Under the pieces are notes generated by a model that was not told the DNA's origin, did not search any database, and worked only from the letters and a program-made list of their open reading frames with translations. From Heterodontus francisci (lineage: Eukaryota), in the NCBI RefSeq assembly GCF_036365525.1, contig NC_090378.1, forward strand, positions 119,211,593 to 119,275,592: a stretch of DNA of 64,000 nucleotides, written 5' to 3'. How positions within the stretch are numbered: position 1 is the stretch's first letter; every line of letters starts with the position of its first letter. Below, in pieces: positions 24,401 through 37,671 of the stretch. The translations under genes were made by a program, and so were the position numbers.

Positions 24401-27400
24401 GTCCAGATGGAGCTGCCCTGGGACAGAACACAATGTCCAGATGGAGCTGCCCTGGGACAGAACACAATGTCCAGATGGAGCTGCCCTGGGACAGAACACA
24501 ATGTCCAGATGGAGCTGCCCTGGGGGAGAACACAATGTCAAGATGAAGCTGCCCTGGGGGAGAACACAATGTCCAGATGGAGCTGCCCTGGGACGGAACA
24601 CAATGTCCAGATGGAGCTGCTATGGGACAGAACACAATGTCCAGATGGAGCTGCCCTGGGACAGAACACAATGTCCAGATGGAGCTGCCCTGGGACAGAA
24701 CACAATGTCAAGATGAAGCTGCCCTGGGGGAAGAACACAATGTCCAGATGGAAATGCCCTGGGACAGAACACAATGTCCAGATGGAGCTGTCCTGGGACA
24801 GAACACAATGTCCAGATGGAGCTGTCCTGGGGGAGAACACAATGTCCAGATGGAAATGCCCTGGGACAGAACACAATGTCCAGATGGAGCTGCCCTGGGA
24901 CAGAACACAATGTCAAGATGAAGCTGCCCTGGGGGAGAACACAATGTCCAGATGGAGCTGTCCTGGGACAGAACACAATGTCCAGATGGAGCTGTCCTGG
25001 GGGAGAACACAATGTCCAGATGGAAATGCCCTGGGACAGAACACAATGTCCAGATGGAGCTGTCCTGGGGGAGAACACAATGTCCAGATGGAGCTGCCCT
25101 GGGACAGAACACAATGTCCAGATGGAGCTGCCCTGGGACAGAACACAATGTCCAGATGGAGCTGCCCTGGGGGAGAACAAAATGTCCAGATGGAGCTGCC
25201 CTGGGGGAGAACACAATGTCCAGATGGAGCTGCCCTGGGACAGAACACAATGTCCAGATGGAGCTGCCCTGGGGGAGAACACAATGTCCAGATGGAGCTG
25301 CCCTGGGGGAGAACACAATGTCCAGATGGAGCTGCCCTGGGACAGAACACAATGTCCAGATGGAGCTGCACTGGGGGAGAACACAATGTCAGGATGAAGC
25401 TGCCCTGGGGGAGAACACAATGTCCAGATGGAAATGCCCTGGGACAGAACACAATGTCCAGATGGAGCTGTCCTGGGGGAGAACACAATGTCCAGATGGA
25501 AATGCCCTGGGACAGAACACAATGTCCAGATGGAGCTGCCCTGGGACAGAACACAATGTCAAGATGAAGCTGCCCTGGGACAGAACACAATGTCCAGATG
25601 GAGCTGTCCTGGGACAGAACACAATGTCCAGATGGAGCTGTCCTGGGGGAGAACACAATGTCCAGATGGAAATGCCCTGGGACAGAACACAATGTCCAGA
25701 TGGAGCTGTCCTGGGGGAGAACACAATGTCCAGATGGAGCTGCCCTGGGACAGAACACAATGTCCAGATGGAGCTGCCCTGGGACAGAACACAATGTCCA
25801 GATGGAGCTGCCCTGGGGGAGAACAAAATGTCCAGATGGAGCTGCCCTGGGGGAGAACACAATGTCCAGATGGAGCTGCCCTGGGACAGAACACAATGTC
25901 CAGATGGAGCTGCACTGGGGGAGAACACAATGTCAAGATGAAGCTGCCCTGGGGGAGAACACAACGTCCAGATGGAGCTGCCCTGGGACGGAACACAATG
26001 TCCAGATGGAGCTGCTATGGGACAGAACACAATGTCCAGATGGAGCTGCCCTCGGACAGAACACAATGTCCAGATGGAGCTGCCCTGGGGGAGAACACAA
26101 TGTCCAGATGGAGCTGCCCTGGGGGAGAACACAATGTCCAGATGGAGCTGCCCTGGGACAGAACACAATGTCCAGATGGAGCTGCACTGGGGGAGAACAC
26201 AATGTCAGGATGAAGCTGCCCTGGGGGAGAACACAACGTCCAGATGGAGCTGCCCTGGGACGGAACACAATGTCCAGATGGAGCTGCTATGGGACAGAAC
26301 ACAATGTCCAGATGGAGCTGCCCTCGGACAGAACACAATGTCCAGATGGAGCTGCCCTGGGACAGAACACAATGTCCAGATGGAGCTGCCCTGGGGAAGA
26401 ACACAATGTCCAGTTGGAGCTGCCCTGGGGGTGAACACAATGTCCAGATGGAGCTGCCCTGGGGGTGAACACAATGTCCAGATGGAGCTGCCCTGGGACA
26501 GAACACAATGTCCAGATGGAGCTGCCCTGGGGGTGAACACAATGTCCAGATGGAGCTGCCCTGGGGGTGAACACAATGTCCAGATGGAGCTGCCCTGGGG
26601 GTGAACACAATGTCCAGATGGAGCTGCCCTGGGACAGAACACAATGTCCAGATGGAGCTGCCCTGGGACGGAACACAATGTCCAGATGGAGCTGCCCTGG
26701 GGGTGAACACAATGTCCAGATGGAGCTGCCCTGGGACAGAACACAATGTCCAGATGGAGCTGCCCTGGGACGGAACACAATGTCCAGATGGAGCTGTCCT
26801 GGGGAAGAACACAATGTCAAGATGAAGCTGCCCTGGGGGAGAACACAACGTCCAGATGGAGCTGCCCTGGGACGGAACACAATGTCCAGATGGAGCTGCC
26901 CTGGGACGGAACACAATGTCCAGATGGAGCTGCCCTGGGACAGAACACAATGTCCAGATGGAGCTGCCCTGGGACGGAACACAATGTCCAGATGGAGCTG
27001 CCCTGGGACAGAACACAATGTCCAGATGGAGCTGTCCTGGGGAAGAACACAATGTCAAGATGAAGCTGCCCTGGGGGAGAACACAACGTCCAGATGGAGC
27101 TGCCCTGGGACGGAACACAATGTCCAGATGGAGCTGCCCTGGGACAGAACACAATGTCCAGATGGAGCTGCCCTGGGACAGAACACAATGTCCAGATGGA
27201 ACTGTCCTGGGACGGAACACAATGTCCAGAAGGAGCTGCCCTGGGACAGAACACAATGTCCAGAAGGAGCTGTCCTGGGGAAGAACACAATGTCCAGATG
27301 GAACTGTCCTGGGACAGAACACAATGTCCAGATGGATTTGCCCTGGGGAAGAACACAATGTCCAGATGGATTTGCCCTGGGGAAGAACACAATGTCCAGA

Positions 27401-30400
27401 TGGAACTGTCCTGGGACGGAACACAATGTCCAGATGGAGCTGCCCTGGGGAAGAACACAATGTCCAGATGGAGCTGCCCTGGGACAGAACACAATGTCCA
27501 GATGGAGCTGCCCTGGGGAAGAACACAATGTCCAGATGGAACTGTCCTGGGACGGAACACAATGTCCAGATGGAGCTGCCCTGGGGAAGAACACAATGTC
27601 CAGATGGAGCTGCCCTGGGACAGAACACAATGTCCAGATGGAGATGCTCTGGGACAGAACACAATGTCCAGATGAAGCTGCCCTGGGGAAGAACACAATG
27701 TCCAGATGGAGCTGCCCTGGGACGGAACACAATGTCCAGAAGGAGCTGCCCTGGGGAAGAACACAATGTCCAGATGGAACTGTCCTGGGACGGAACACAA
27801 TGTCCAGATGGAGCTGCCCTGGGGAAGAACACAATGTCCAGATGGAGATGCTCTGGGACAGAACACAATGTCCAGATGAAGCTGCCCTGGGACAGAACAC
27901 AATGTCCAGATGGAAATGCCCTGGGGAAGAACACAATGTCCAGATGGAACTGTCCTGGGACGGAACACAATGTCCAGATGGAGCTGCCCTGGGACAGAAC
28001 ACAATGTCCAGATGGAGATGCTCTGGGACAGAACACAATGTCCAGATGAAGCTGCCCTGGGGAAGAACACAATGTCCAGATGGAGATGCTCTGGGACAGA
28101 ACACAATGTCCAGATGAAGCTGCCCTGGGGAAGAACACAATGTCCAGATGGAGCTGCCCTGGGGGAGAACACAATGTCCAGATGGAGCTGTCCTGGGGAA
28201 GAACACAATGTCCAGATGGAGCTGCCCTGGGGGAGAACACAATGTCCAGATGGAGCTGCCCTGGGACAGAACACAATGTCCAGATGGAGCTGCCCTGGGG
28301 GAGAACACAATGTCCAGATGGAGCTGCCCTGGGACAGAACACAATGTCCAGATGGAGCTGCCCTGGGGGAGAACACAATGTCCAGATGGAGCTGCCCTGG
28401 GACAGAACACAATGTCCAGATGGAGCTGCCCTGGGACAGAACACAATGTCCAGATGGAACTGCCCTGGGACGGAACACAATGTCCAGAAGGAGCTGCCCT
28501 GGGGAAGAACACAATGTCCAGATGGAGCTGCCCTGGGGGAGAACACAATGTCCAGATGGAGCTGTCCTGGGACAGAACACAATGTCCAAATGGAGCTGTC
28601 CTGGGGAAGAACACAATGTCCAGATGGAACTGCCCTGGGACGGAACACAATGTCCAGAAGGAGCTGCCCTGGGGAAGAACACAATGTCCAGATGGAGCTG
28701 CCCTGGGACAGAACACAATGTCCAGATGGAGCTGTCCTGGGACAGAACACAATGTCCAGATGGAGCTGTCCTGGGGAAGAACACAATGTCCAGATGGAGC
28801 TGCCCTGGGACAGAACACAATGTCCAGATGGAGCTGCACTGGGACAGAACACAATGTCCAGATGGAGCTGTCCTGGGGAAGAACACAATGTCCAGATGGA
28901 GCTGCCCTGGGACAGAACACAATGTCCAGAAGGAGCTGCCCTGGGACGGAACACAATGTCCAGATGGAGCTGCCCTGGGACGGAACACAATGTCCAGATG
29001 GAGCTGTCCTGGGGGAGAACACAATGTCCAGATGGAGCTGTCCTGGGGAAGAACACAATGTCCAGATGGAGCTGTCCTGGGGAAGAACACAATGTCCAGA
29101 TGGAGCTGCCCTGGGACAGAACACAATGTCCAGATGGAGCTGCCCTGGGGGAGAACACAATGTCCAGATGGAGCTGCCCTGGGACAGAACACAATGTCCA
29201 GATGGAGCTGCCCTGGGACAGAACACAATGTCCAGATGGAACTGCCCTGGGACGGAACACAATGTCCAGAAGGAGCTGCCCTGGGGAAGAACACAATGTC
29301 CAGATGGAGCTGCCCTGGGGGAGAACACAATGTCCAGATGGAGCTGTCCTGGGACAGAACACAATGTCCAGATGGAGCTGTCCTGGGGAAGAACACAATG
29401 TCCAGATGGAACTGCCCTGGGACGGAACACAATGTCCAGAAGGAGCTGCCCTGGGGAAGAACACAATGTCCAGATGGAGCTGCCCTGGGACAGAACACAA
29501 TGTCCAGATGGAGCTGTCCTGGGACAGAACACAATGTCCAGATGGAGCTGTCCTGGGGAAGAACACAATGTCCAGATGGAGCTGCCCTGGGACAGAACAC
29601 AATGTCCAGATGGAGCTGCACTGGGACAGAACACAATGTCCAGATGGAGCTGTCCTGGGGAAGAACACAATGTCCAGATGGAGCTGCCCTGGGACAGAAC
29701 ACAATGTCCAGAAGGAGCTGCCCTGGGACGGAACACAATGTCCAGATGGAGCTGCCCTGGGACGGAACACAATGTCCAGATGGAGCTGTCCTGGGGGAGA
29801 ACACAATGTCCAGATGGAGCTGTCCTGGGGAAGAACACAATGTCCAGATGGAGCTGTCCTGGGGAAGAACACAATGTCCAGATGGAGCTGCCCTGGGGGA
29901 GAACACAATGTCCAGATGGAGCTGCCCTGGGACGGAACACAATGTCCAGATGGAGCTGTCCTGGGGGAGAACACAATGTCCAGATGGAGCTGTCCTGGGG
30001 AAGAACACAATGTCCAGATGGAGCTGCCCTGGGGGAGAACACAATGTCCAGATGGAGCTGTCCTGGGGGAGAACACAATGTCCAAATGGAGCTGTCCTGG
30101 GGAAGAACACAATGTCCAGATGGAGCTGCCCTGGGGGAGAACACAATGTCCAGATGGAGCTGCCCTGGGACGGAACACAATGTCCAGATGGAGCTGCCCG
30201 GGGGGAGAACACAATGTCCAGATGGAGCTGTCCTGGGGAAGAACACAATGTCCAGATGGAGCTGCCCTGGGGGAGAACACAATGTCCAGATGGAGCTGCC
30301 CTGGGACGGAACACAATGTCCAGATGGAGCTGTCCTGGGGGAGAACACAATGTCCAGATGGAGCTGTCCTGGGGAAGAACACAATGTCCAGATGGAGCTG

Positions 30401-31006
30401 CCCTGGGGGAGAACACAATGTCCAGATGGAGCTGTCCTGGGGGAGAACACAATGTCCAAATGGAGCTGTCCTGGGGAAGAACACAATGTCCAGATGGAGC
30501 TGCCCTGGGGGAGAACACAATGTCCAGATGGAGCTGCCCTGGGACGGAACACAATGTCCAGATGGAGCTGCCCGGGGGGAGAACACAATGTCCAGATGGA
30601 GCTGTCCTGGGGAAGAACACAATGTCCAGATGGAGCTGCCCTGGGGGAGAACACAATGTCCAGATGGAGCTGTCCTGGGGGAGAACACAATGTCCAGATG
30701 GAGCTGCCCTGGGGAAGAACACAATGTCCAGATGGAGCTGCCCTGGGACGGAACACAATGTCCAGATGGAGCTGTCCTGGGGGAGAACACAATGTCCAGA
30801 TGGAGCTGCCCTGGGACAGAACACAATGTCCAGATGGAGCTGTCCTGGGACAGAACACAATGTCCAGATGGAGCTGCCCTGGGACGGAACACAATGTCCA
30901 GATGGAGCTGCCCTGGGACAGAACACAATGTCCAGATGGAGCTGCCCTGGGACAGAACACAATGTCCAGATGGAGCTGTCCTGGGACAGAACACAATGTC
31001 CAGATG
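24401..31006. repeat. 34-bp minisatellite array (GTCCAGATGGAGCTGCCCTGGGACAGAACACAAT)n, ~194 copies
   Basis: Direct tandem repetition with higher-order blocks. Confidence 0.98.
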
Positions 31007-33805
31007 GACCTGGCCCAGTGGCAGGTGTACAAAGAGAAGAAGGGTGCGCTGAGGGACCTGCAGCTCGTAGAGTCCGAGGCGTGTACATGAGGTCGTGGAT
31101 CCAGATACTGGAAGATTTGGACCACGCATGACCCTTCTTCTACTCGCTGGAAAAATGGCAGGGCGTCATTAAGCAGCTTGTTGAGCTGCTGTCTGATGAC
31201 GGATCTTCCATCACGAATCCGGAGGGAATGGGCCTCCTGGTCCGCACCTATTACAGTGTGTTATTCTCTCCGGATCCATCCAACGACGATGCAAGCAGAG
31301 TTTTGTGGGAGGACCTGCCGCAGGTCAGCCCGGACGGTGCCAAAGGATTGGAGACCCCTCTCACGTTGGTGCCCTGCACCAGCTCGCGAAGGGCAACTCC
31401 CTGGGGCTGGATGGGCTGACCGTGGAGTTCCTCAGGATGTTCTGGGACATCCTGGGGGACGATTATGCATGGGTTCTGGGGGACGATTACGTGTGGGTGT
31501 TGGTGGAAATGCAGGCGACCGGCGAGATGCCCCTCTCGTGGTGCAGGTCGGTCATCGTCCTGCTGCTGAAGAGGCGCAATCTCCACTTGCTTAAAGTCCG
31601 GTCTCCGTCCTCAGTACCAGCCTGGGCTCTGTGCTGGCCCACATGATCCACCCCGACCAGTTCTACAATATTCCGGGCCGGTCCATCCAGGACAACATCC
31701 TCCTCGTCCGAGACCTGATCCAGCTTTTCCAGAGGATTGCTCTGTTGATCGCCTTTCTCTCCCTTGATCAGGAGAAGGCGTTCGACAGTTTGAATCAAGA
31801 ATACCTTTTCAGGACTCTGCACGCATTCAGATTTGGGCCGCATTTTGTGGCCCGGGTACGACTTTTATACGTCGCTGCAGAGTGTCTGGTCAAAGTTAAC
31901 TGGTCCTTGACGGCGCCCCTTCGCTTTGGGAGAGGAGTGCGCCAGGGATGCCTCATTTCCAGCCAATTGTACACCATCTGTGTGGAGCCATTCCTTTGCT
32001 TGCTTCACAGGAAGTTGAAGGGCTGGCCATGCGGGTTGTCCTCTTGGCTTACGCCGATGACGTGCTCCTCACGATCATAGGTCCCATTGACTTGCGGAGG
32101 ATGCGTGACTGCCGGCAGACCTTTCCCACGTCCTCCCCAAGGATCAGTTGGGAGAAATATTCCAGATTCCTGGTGGGTCAGTGGCAGGTCGACTCACTGC
32201 CGGAGGAGTTGACACCTTTTGCGTGGAGCACCATGCACCTCCTCTATCTGGGACTCCAACTTAGCCCCGCTGAGGAAGCCTGGCCGGCAAAGTGGCAGGA
32301 ATTGGAGGCGAAAGTCACCAGTTGGCTGGGGCGCTGGACAGGACTGCTCCGAGTGCTTTCCGACAGGGGCCGTGCGCTGGTCATAAACCAACTGGTGGCC
32401 TTGATGCTGTGGTATGGTTGGCCATTTTGGCTCCGCCCCCTGCATTTGCCACCAAGATCCAGAAGAAGCTTGTCGATTTCTTCTGGGGCAAGAGGAAACA
32501 CTGGGTCTCTGCTGCGGTCCTGAGTCTCCCAATTGAGGAGGGCGGCCAGTCGCTGGCGTGCTTCCGGACCCAGGCTGTGAAGCTCCACCTTCAGACCCTG
32601 TACGCGGAGCTGCCTCCCAGATGGGGTGTGCTGCCAAGGGCACTGCCTTCAAGACAACACGCAGCTCCCAGTGGAGAACGTTAGCTGTGCCTCTCTGAGG
32701 GAGTTGCCTGTCTTTTACCGGGATCTATTCAGAGTCTGGAACATGGTCGCCTCCAGTCAGCGCGTTCCCTCGTTGGCGGAGGAGAACGCCTCGGCTGTCC
32801 TGGTGGCCAGCTCCGGCGACGGACCAATGGGTGAAGGAATAGCTGAAGCCTCTGGGACACCCCTCATTGCAGGTTGCGAGGGGACACGGGAGAGCGAAGC
32901 GTTCCCAGCAGAACTGAGCCCCATTCGGCGGAACTGCTCATCGGACCCAGGCCCCAAAACCATCCTCAGGAGCCGGTCGCGCTGAAACCAAGCCGCTTCT
33001 TGGAAGTACCCTCTGTGCCATTCCAATCGGCATGGAGGTGTTTCCTGTACAGGCTATTCCTGCACACTCTCTACTTCCTTGCCCTCGTCAGCGGGCCGGA
33101 CACGGCCTGGCAGTCCGTGTTGACATCTGGCAGCGAGGGGAAACCACAGTGGGGGTCTCTCTAAGCAGGAGTCTTCCCCATTTACATTGGGGACCTGGGG
33201 TGGAGGGTGCTGCACAGGGCAGTCCCATGCACTAGTCTTTTAAGTAGGTTCACGGACCCCCAGGCCGCCTGTAATTTCTGCAGCCTGGACAAGTTTGTGT
33301 TCCATGTTTATATGGAATGTGCGAGGTTGCTGCCCCTCTTTGAGTATTTGAAGGGGCTGCTCCTCAAGTTTTGGCTGCACTTCAGTCCCACGCTCCTGAT
33401 CTTTGGCCACCCGGGGCGGAGGGGCGTGGGCCGGGGGAAGGATCTCCTCATCGGTCTGCTCCTGGGCCTGGCCAAGGTGGCAATTCACAGGTCCAGGCTG
33501 CGGACCGTCAGGGGGTCCATCCGCCCTGATTGCCTGCTCCTCTTCCCAGGTTATGTTCTCGCCTGGGTGTCCCTGCAGAAGGAGCATGCGGTGTCCGCGG
33601 GTTCGATCGAGGCCTTCTGCGACCGGTGGTCATCGCAGGGGCTGGAGTGCATCATCAATGCTGAGAATGGCATTTTAATCAGATTTCTGTTCTATTTATC
33701 TGTTTTTAATAAAGTTATTTTATAAAATGCATTTTAAAGGGGACCTGAGGAATAAAGGCCCCCTCAGCAAAATAAAAGGGGCCTGGGGTATAAAGGCTTC
33801 CTTCC
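31007..33805 (+). mobile_element. 5'-truncated degraded Tx1-type (L1 clade) non-LTR retrotransposon ORF2 plus 3' UTR
   Basis: GLDGLTVEF, IHPDQFYNIPGRSIQDNI, LDQEKAFD, GVRQGC, AYADDV, C-terminal CNFC..H....C knuckle; AATAAA near 33708. Confidence 0.9.
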
Positions 33806-33809
33806 AAAT

Positions 33810-34162
33810 AAACAAGATGCACTGCAGCAACGCACCAAGTCTCCTTAGACAGAACCTTCCAAACCCACGACCTCTACCACCAAGAAGGACAAGGGCAGCA
33901 AATACATGGGAACAGCACCACCTGTAATTTCCCCTCCAATCCACACACCATCCTGACCTGGAAGTATATCGCTGTTCCTTCACTGTCACTGGGTCAAAAT
34001 CCTGGAACTCCCTTCCTAACAGCTCTGTGGGTTCACCTACACCACACGGACTGCAGCAGTTCAAGAAGGCAGCTCACCACCACCTTCTCACGGGCAATTA
34101 GGGATGGGCAATAAATGCTGGCCTGGCCAGCGGCACCCACATCCCAAGAAAGAATTTTAAAA
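33810..34162 (+). mobile_element. 3' fragment of the second CR1/L2-group LINE
   Basis: Reverse-complement match to 22350-22720. Confidence 0.85.
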
Positions 34163-35136
34163 ATGTAGATCAAAGCAGATTCCAACAACAGGCCCGAGGG
34201 GCTGAATGGCCTCCTTCAGTGTTGTGTGATTCTCGGATTCGATGGTAAAAGCTGATGACATTAATGGAAAGTAGTGACAGAAAAATTACAACATCGATCA
34301 GGTAAATATTCCTGACTCAGAGGGGAATATGTTTGGAATAATAAGGAAAACAAGGAAACAGAGGGAAAACCGTTGGAATTATTCAGATTACAGTTTGGAG
34401 CCATGATGAGAGAGATAAAGTAGCCAAGGGAAAGCTTCACTGGGAGAGTTCAGGTATCAGAGGTTCGGGCTCTCCACAGGTAATGACCCCCTCGCTCTCA
34501 AAATCATCATCATCACCATCTCCTCAAAAAATCCACACTCAACCAATGTGTCCTTGTAAACTACCCCATCACTAATCTCCCTTTCCTCTCCAAAGTGTGA
34601 ATGTATTTTTGCCTCATTAATCTGTGCCCATTTTCCCCAGACTTCCCTCTTTAAATCTCTCCAATCAGGTGGATAGGGCTGGAATTTCATATCGGGGGCA
34701 GGAAATGGACGTCGGGACTGTTTCCGGGTCCCAAACCCGTCCCTGGGGGGGAAACAGAAATGAGTTCCGGGTTTCACAGTGGTGACCAGTTAATTAATGC
34801 AGGAACGGGGGTTTTGGGGGGCAGCTCAAGTGTGAGTCCAATTTAAACTCACCACGGCAGCCATTCCTGTGGCCGCTGTTTGAGTGCTCATACTGCAGAG
34901 TGGGAGAACACAGAGCACTTGATTTACATAATGGTCCAGCAAAGCCAGAGGCCTGGCTGCCTTCCCGCTGGTCACATGGCCACCCAATTGTCCGTGGCAG
35001 CCTCGCCCCCTGTTCTTCTGCCCTCACGATGCCAAGAGGGTGACGATCCTCTCCACTGCCCAATCACTCACAGCCCACTCCAGCCCAATGGAGAGTGATG
35101 TCCTCAGGACTTAGTGAGGTTTAGCCGAGTTTAGGA

Positions 35137-36612
35137 TGAGATATGTGAGACTGAGACTGCAGGCTGTTAAACACAAAGGCTTCTTCTTTATTCTGTTTTA
35201 TTTCCACTTTCCCTTTGCTAGCCTGTGTGTTCTACAGTGGCTTCAAGTTAACAAAATGTACAATGCAATTTCAAAACACTGCAACACGACATTCCTCCCC
35301 TTCTCAGTAAGTGAGAGATGTTGTATGTGTCAATGGTTTGTTTCCAAAAATGTAAAGTATAAACTTACACATAAATAGTTCACTTCGTTATCTATTCACC
35401 TATGTATGATGGGCATTTTCTCTCACAAGTAGGATATTGTCTGACATCAGGTGAAGTCTCATTTAACTCATGTTCTTCATCGGAGGTGTCGATGCTGAAA
35501 TTGGATTCAATGTTTACGAGAGGTGTTTTCAGTGTTTGAAGAATGACACGTTTCTTGTGATAATTTGTGAATCGTGCTCAGCAGTGATCATTGATCCTTT
35601 TGTGTTGGTCACAACAAATGGTTGGATGTTATAAGGGGTTGTTTGTTTTCCAACATGACCATCACGTTTCACAAGTACTTTATCTCCTGGCTTTAATGGT
35701 GTAGCTCGAAGTTTCATGTTTCGTTCTGCATTTACCTTCAATCTATCCTTCTGATATCGATCGTGTTGGTGTATATGTTGATCATTAGCTCCGTAGGGTA
35801 ATTGAGGAAGACGTGTGCACAGAGGATGTGTAAAGATGAGAGTGACTGGAGGTTTTCCAGTAGTTGAGTTTGGAGTCACTCTGTAATTATGAAGAAAGTG
35901 ATATAACTCTTGCTCCCATGACTTGTTCACAGCTGTCGCTGTACGTATCACTATTTTCAAGGTTCACATAAATGTCTCGACTTCTCCATTAGCTCTTGGC
36001 CAATGGGGTGTGATTTCCCTATGAGTGAACACTAGGTAGTTTGTGAATTTACTGAACTCATTGCTGTTGAATGGGGGTTCATTGTCACTTCTTACTGTTT
36101 GAGGGATTCCAAACAAGGTAAAGATCTGGTCAAGCTTTGGAATCACTGCTTTTGTTGGAGTTGACTTAACTAATTCCACGATTGGGAATCTGCTGTAGTC
36201 GTCAGTGACAACAAGCAGGTGTTCACCTGTGGGTAAATCTGTGAAATCAACACTGACACAATCCCTGGTCCTGGAGGTAGTTCAGACATCACGAGAGGAT
36301 CATGAAGATTTGACATTGTGGGTAGTTGACATGGTAAACACTGATTGATTTTATCTCTACCATGCAGTTCATTCCTGGAACCCAAACCATTTGCCTAAGG
36401 AGTTGTTTGCTATTGACTATTCCCTGGTGTCCTTTATTAACAACACATTCTCTTAATGAGTGTGGAATGACCATACAGTTGTTGTGTAATATGAGATCAG
36501 ATGTCGTTGTAACAGTGAGCTCATTTCGAACATTGGTGTGAAGATCTTGTAGTGTGTCAGAATTAATCTGTAGACATTTCTCGATCACGTCTTTCCAGTT
36601 TCGTGATTTGAT
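35137..36612 (-). mobile_element. Gypsy-type LTR retrotransposon remnant: integrase, PPT (35292-35305) and short 3' LTR (~35137-35291)
   Basis: GHQGIVNSK; FGIPQTVRSDNEPPFNS..PRANGEVE; YRVTPNSTTG. The PPT GAGAAGGGGAGGAA is directly followed by TGTCGTG, and the LTR contains AATAAA. Confidence 0.88.
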
Positions 36613-36614
36613 AG

Positions 36615-37575
36615 CAGGGATGTCCAACCTTTTCGTGTCAGGGGCCAGATTACAATTTTTACCCTCCAGTAGGGGGCCAGTGAGAACATTTCGGACGATA
36701 AAGGCATTAAAAATGTATCCTTGTATGAAAACTATAACAAATGTGCATTTTTATGAAGAAGCTTTAAATGAGAAGTAATTTATTGACTTACTTTCTCATT
36801 ACTATGTTGAACATTGATTTAGTGACCTACCTGACATTGTTTTTGCTTGCATTAATACTCAATCTCTGCCCACACACTTGACGTAGCGATGCAGTGTATT
36901 CCAGAATGATGTCCATGTGTCAGAGAGATATTGATCTTTCTTCCTCTCTCCTCTTGCTCTCTGTATCTCTCTGTCTCTCTTTCCCCCCTCCATCTCTCTC
37001 TCCCCCTCTCAGTCCCACCCTCTCCCCTACCTCTGTCTCCCCACTCTCTCTATCAGTCTCCCTCTGTCTGTCCCACTATCCCCTCTCTCTGTCTCTCTCT
37101 CTCCCTCTCTCGCTGCCCCTTCTTTCTCTTACTCCCTGCTCTCTTTCTCTGTTTGTCTCTCACTCCCTCCTCCTCACTGCCTGCTCCCCAGTCCCTGATC
37201 CCTGCTCCCCACCCTCCACTTCCCACTCTCCACTGCCCACTCTCCACTGCCCACTCTCCTCTCCCCACTACCCACACTCCACTCCCCACTCCACGCTCTC
37301 CACTCCCCACTGTCCGTTCTCCAATCCCCACTCCACGCTCCACTCCACGCTTTCCACTCCCCGCTCTCCAATCCCGGCTCCCCTGTCTCTGCTGCCCATT
37401 CCCCATCTGTTCATTCTCCATCAATGTGGATTCCAGAGACAGGATGTGAATGACACTCTCCCGCTGGGCACAGCCACGTTGTGTGGGTCGGGGATCCTCA
37501 CAAAAATAGAGCTGCCCACCGAAGTGCTTTGCAGGGCTGAAGTCTGGCCCATGGGCCGTATGCTGGAGAACCATA
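36615..37575 (+). mobile_element. Probable hAT/Charlie-like non-autonomous element containing a pyrimidine-rich (CT)n/(CCACT)n tract (~36935-37400)
   Basis: Left end CAGGGATGTCCAACCT; degenerate right end GGGCCGTATGCTGGAGAACC; no clear TSD. Confidence 0.45.
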
Positions 37576-37671
37576 TTCTAATTCTTCACCTCCAAGTGTC
37601 AAAGTGAGGCCTTTTTCCTTGTGACGTCTGTGATAGTGAAACGTGCCATTGCATCTTCAAAACGTAGCAGC

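Noticed and set aside
24401-31006. CRISPR-like array (repeat of 34-36 bp)
   Set aside because: No unique spacers, no cas genes, and a vertebrate context.
24407-31131. ORFs of up to 1704 aa on both strands
   Set aside because: Produced by a nearly stop-free 34-bp repeat cycling through all frames; no coding signal.
31452-31499. 24-bp in-frame duplication in Tx1 (LGDDYAWV/LGDDYVWV)
   Set aside because: An ordinary slippage event in a dead element.
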